DNA of 64,000 nucleotides from Kiritimatiellia bacterium (GTDB lineage Bacteria; Verrucomicrobiota; Kiritimatiellia; RFP12; UBA1067): NCBI GenBank assembly GCA_045617985.1, contig JAZLJP010000041.1, positions 1,922 to 65,921 of the forward strand, read 5' to 3'. Shown piece by piece: positions 62,284 to 64,000 of this stretch (position 1 is its first letter; each line of letters starts with the position of its first letter). The notes under the pieces were generated by a model. It saw only the letters and a program-made list of their open reading frames with translations, ran no database searches and was not told where the DNA came from. The position numbers and the translations under genes were made by a program.

Positions 62284-63481
62284 GGAGGGTCAGAGCTTGT
62301 TGATACAGTTAAAACCATATCATTGATACAGTTGCTCATGCCAACCTATACTCCTGTTGCGGCGATTGGGGATGTTCGGGAACGGTCCGTGCGATGAGTC
62401 CCTTCTCCAACATCGGCGCAATATAGTAGCGGATGAAATGAATCCGGCTTTTCATGCCGATCGCCTTGCGGAGCGCAGCCGGTTTCATCGGCCCCTCGGC
62501 GAGAAGGCCCAGGATCCGCTCGGCGACCTCCGGCTCACCGCGCTCCAGTTCAACGGAGAACGATTCCGGCATTTTTAGACCGGGAACCGCCTTCGACTGT
62601 GGCGAATCCTCCTGCTTCGTACTTTCCGCCCCATCACGCCGTTCGACCTTTTCCGTTTCCCGCGCGGCGAGAACTTCACCCATCGCCTCACGCATCGACT
62701 CCTCATGGCAGGCACGGATGGTCTCCCAGTCGCCGTTCCCGTACATGAAGGCGTAGCCGCAACGCGCCTTCTCGTCACCCTTCACCGCCGCAGCGAAGCT
62801 GCACCACTCGTAGTCCTCCGCCCGCTCGACCATCCCGGCCGCCCAGGCGTTGACGTCGATGTATGCCGAGGTTCGCCACATCACGTTTTTTTCCGGCTTG
62901 TGGTTCCGCTCGTGATAGCGCCCTTCAAACATCGTGCCGTGGTGATCGCGGCGCGCATTGAAGGACATCGTGAAATGCTGCTTGTAGGTACGCATGAACT
63001 CGGACGAATTCCACATCCGCCTCACGAACGATTTCCGGTATTCGTCGAATCGCGAGACGTACTTCTCCGTTGGACGAGCGCGTTCAAGGAGCTTCGCCTC
63101 CTCGTCCTTAAGCCGCGTCCACTCGCCGAGCACCCGTGCGAGTGAGGAATTGCAGTAGAGGACATTGATCCTGCGGAGAATCTCCTCGTCATCGATCTCC
63201 ACTGGCTCGGGAACATAGATGAAGACGTGGAAATGGTTCGACATGACCGCATACGCGAGAACGATCACGCCGCTGAATTCCTCAACCCGGCGCAGAAGCT
63301 CGACAGCCCGCGTCTTCTCATCGTCGTCAAGGAAGAACGCCTGATGCGCCAATCTACTGATGAGATGGTAACACCGGCAACTCTCAATCAATCTGGTTTT
63401 CCGCATGCCGGATAGTGTATCATAAATCGGCTACTGTATCAATACAAACCATCATACTGTATCAACAAGCTCTGACCCTCC
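62284..63481. mobile_element. 1,198-bp IS-like unit: perfect 26-bp terminal inverted repeats around one HUH/Y1-transposase-like gene
   Basis: GGAGGGTCAGAGCTTGTTGATACAGT (62284-62309) is the exact reverse complement of 63456-63481. Each end also carries a second TTGATACAGT copy 23 bp further inward (62323-62332 and 63433-63442). Confidence 0.7.
62336..63406 (-). CDS. IS200/RAYT-like HUH (Y1) transposase domain fused to a C-terminal winged-helix-like tail
   Basis: YHLISRLAHQAFFL...LAYAVMSNHFHVFIYVPE contains the HUH motif (HFH). AYIDVNAWAAGMVERAEDYEWCSF resembles the Y-containing helix plus DY.WSS tail of RAYT/IS200-like proteins. The C-terminus ILGLLAEGPMKPAALRKAIGMKSRIHFIRYYIAPMLEKGLIARTVPEHPQSPQQEYRLA looks like a wHTH. 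Confidence 0.75.
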   Translation of the reverse strand: MRKTRLIESCRCYHLISRLAHQAFFLDDDEKTRAVELLRRVEEFSGVIVLAYAVMSNHFHVFIYVPEPVEIDDEEILRRINVLYCNSSLARVLGEWTRLKDEEAKLLERARPTEKYVSRFDEYRKSFVRRMWNSSEFMRTYKQHFTMSFNARRDHHGTMFEGRYHERNHKPEKNVMWRTSAYIDVNAWAAGMVERAEDYEWCSFAAAVKGDEKARCGYAFMYGNGDWETIRACHEESMREAMGEVLAARETEKVERRDGAESTKQEDSPQSKAVPGLKMPESFSVELERGEPEVAERILGLLAEGPMKPAALRKAIGMKSRIHFIRYYIAPMLEKGLIARTVPEHPQSPQQEYRLA

Positions 63482-63496
63482 AAACCAGAAGTGATA

Positions 63497-63526
63497 TTGA
63501 CTGTTTGGCAGGAAATGGGATATACT
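63497..63526 (+). promoter_or_regulatory. Sigma70-like promoter candidate for the partial gene at the right edge
   Basis: TTGACT (63497-63502), an 18-nt spacer, then TATACT (63521-63526). It lies about 125 nt upstream of ATG 63651. Confidence 0.4.
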
Positions 63527-63650
63527 GCTTGCACTGCTTTCGGGTCGGTGTGTTTCATACTCGAGTAGGTTACCCGAGTCCGTCCCCGGAAAACAATACA
63601 CAATTCCATCTCACTAAAAACGCGTGGGATGCCGGCAGGAGGAGATGCAG

Positions 63651-64000
63651 ATGAACGGAGATCGGCCTGATGGCGGCAGGAGACCGCAAACATGCGTCTC
63701 ATGTGGCAAGAAATCAGTGTCAATTCATCATATTTTCGTATCTCTCAGACGAAAGGTCTATGACAAGGACGACAAGGATCTGATATGGATCTTCCTTCGT
63801 GGATTTTCCATCCCCATGTGCAAGACGTGCCTCCGAAAATATCGCCGCCTCGTTCTGAGCATACCTATCATCACGTCCGTCGTCGGCATCGGTATTTTCG
63901 TAGGCGGAATAATAGGCGGAATATTCGACGAGATTCCTTTTCCATTCGTGTTACTGTTCCTGCTAGGACTCATCTCCGTTTTGGCGGGATTCGCACTGAG
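63651..64000 (+). CDS. Small zinc-ribbon-like membrane protein. Only the 5' part is present; the gene runs off the right edge.
   Basis: Not in the track (no stop in the window). AGGAGGAG lies 6 nt upstream of the ATG. My own translation gives MNGDRPDGGRRPQTCVSCGKKSV...FSIPMCKTCLRKYRRLVLSIPIITSVVGIGIFVGGIIGGIF...FVLLFLLGLISVLAGFAL: two CxxC pairs followed by hydrophobic helices. Confidence 0.5.
   Translation, partial: MNGDRPDGGRRPQTCVSCGKKSVSIHHIFVSLRRKVYDKDDKDLIWIFLRGFSIPMCKTCLRKYRRLVLSIPIITSVVGIGIFVGGIIGGIFDEIPFPFVLLFLLGLISVLAGFAL

Noticed and set aside
62276-63491. 8-bp target-site duplication flanking the IS-like unit (ACCAGGAG at 62276-62283 versus ACCAGAAG at 63484-63491)
   Set aside because: The match is 7 of 8, and the right copy is offset 2 nt from the inverted-repeat end. 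It is not a clean direct duplication and may be chance.
1-64000. rRNA, tRNA, tmRNA, riboswitch or other structured RNA genes
   Set aside because: No cloverleaf-like or rRNA-like conserved segments were recognised by eye, and the intergenic regions are short. A covariance-model scan (tRNAscan-SE, Infernal/Rfam) would be needed to exclude small RNAs, especially in the spacers 15853-16385 and 63527-63650.

Overview
This is a high-GC chromosomal segment. Hand counts on sample lines give about 55-75% GC outside the island described below. Nearly all genes are on the minus strand. Recognisable housekeeping genes include rmlD/rmlA, trxB, tatA/tatC, pal and tolB, galU, frr, two ABC transporter sets, a TrkH/KtrB K+ transporter, an M18 aminopeptidase and a U32 peptidase. 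Among them sit several very large secreted proteins. The style of these proteins (LamG plus autotransporter-associated beta-strand repeats, many TAT signals, Pro/Ala-rich anchored proteins) suggests a PVC-group bacterium, but that is only a guess. No rRNA, tRNA or CRISPR array was found.

The standout is a low-GC island of about 14.7 kb at roughly 10.6-25.3 kb (33-52% GC on sample lines). It encodes a 2,494-aa Sec-signal protein with four parts:
- about 670 aa of short aromatic x-G-x-Y-Y-D repeats, including four tandem longer repeats
- a thrombospondin-type-3-like Ca-binding block
- a Cys-rich middle region
- a C-terminal alpha/beta-hydrolase-like domain with an HSQG nucleophile elbow

Downstream of it are five signal-peptide paralogs of an unrecognised ~400-aa family (one truncated) and a stand-alone fragment homologous only to the last ~190-217 aa of the giant protein. 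That fragment is itself tightly coupled to one of the paralogs. The layout resembles a polymorphic toxin / tandem immunity / orphan-tip locus, but I see no T5/T6/T7 secretion marker. Novelty cannot be verified without databases.

Other notable items:
- a 7-residue C-terminal tail (G-T-x-I-x-L-R) shared by three giant exoproteins
- a 1.86 kb in-gene tandem duplication
- a 1,785-aa SGNH-hydrolase protein with five copies of an unrecognised module
- a 1.2 kb unit with perfect 26-bp terminal inverted repeats around an HUH/Y1-transposase-like gene fused to a winged-helix tail

Many long Arg-rich ORFs in the track are antisense shadows of real genes and were rejected.
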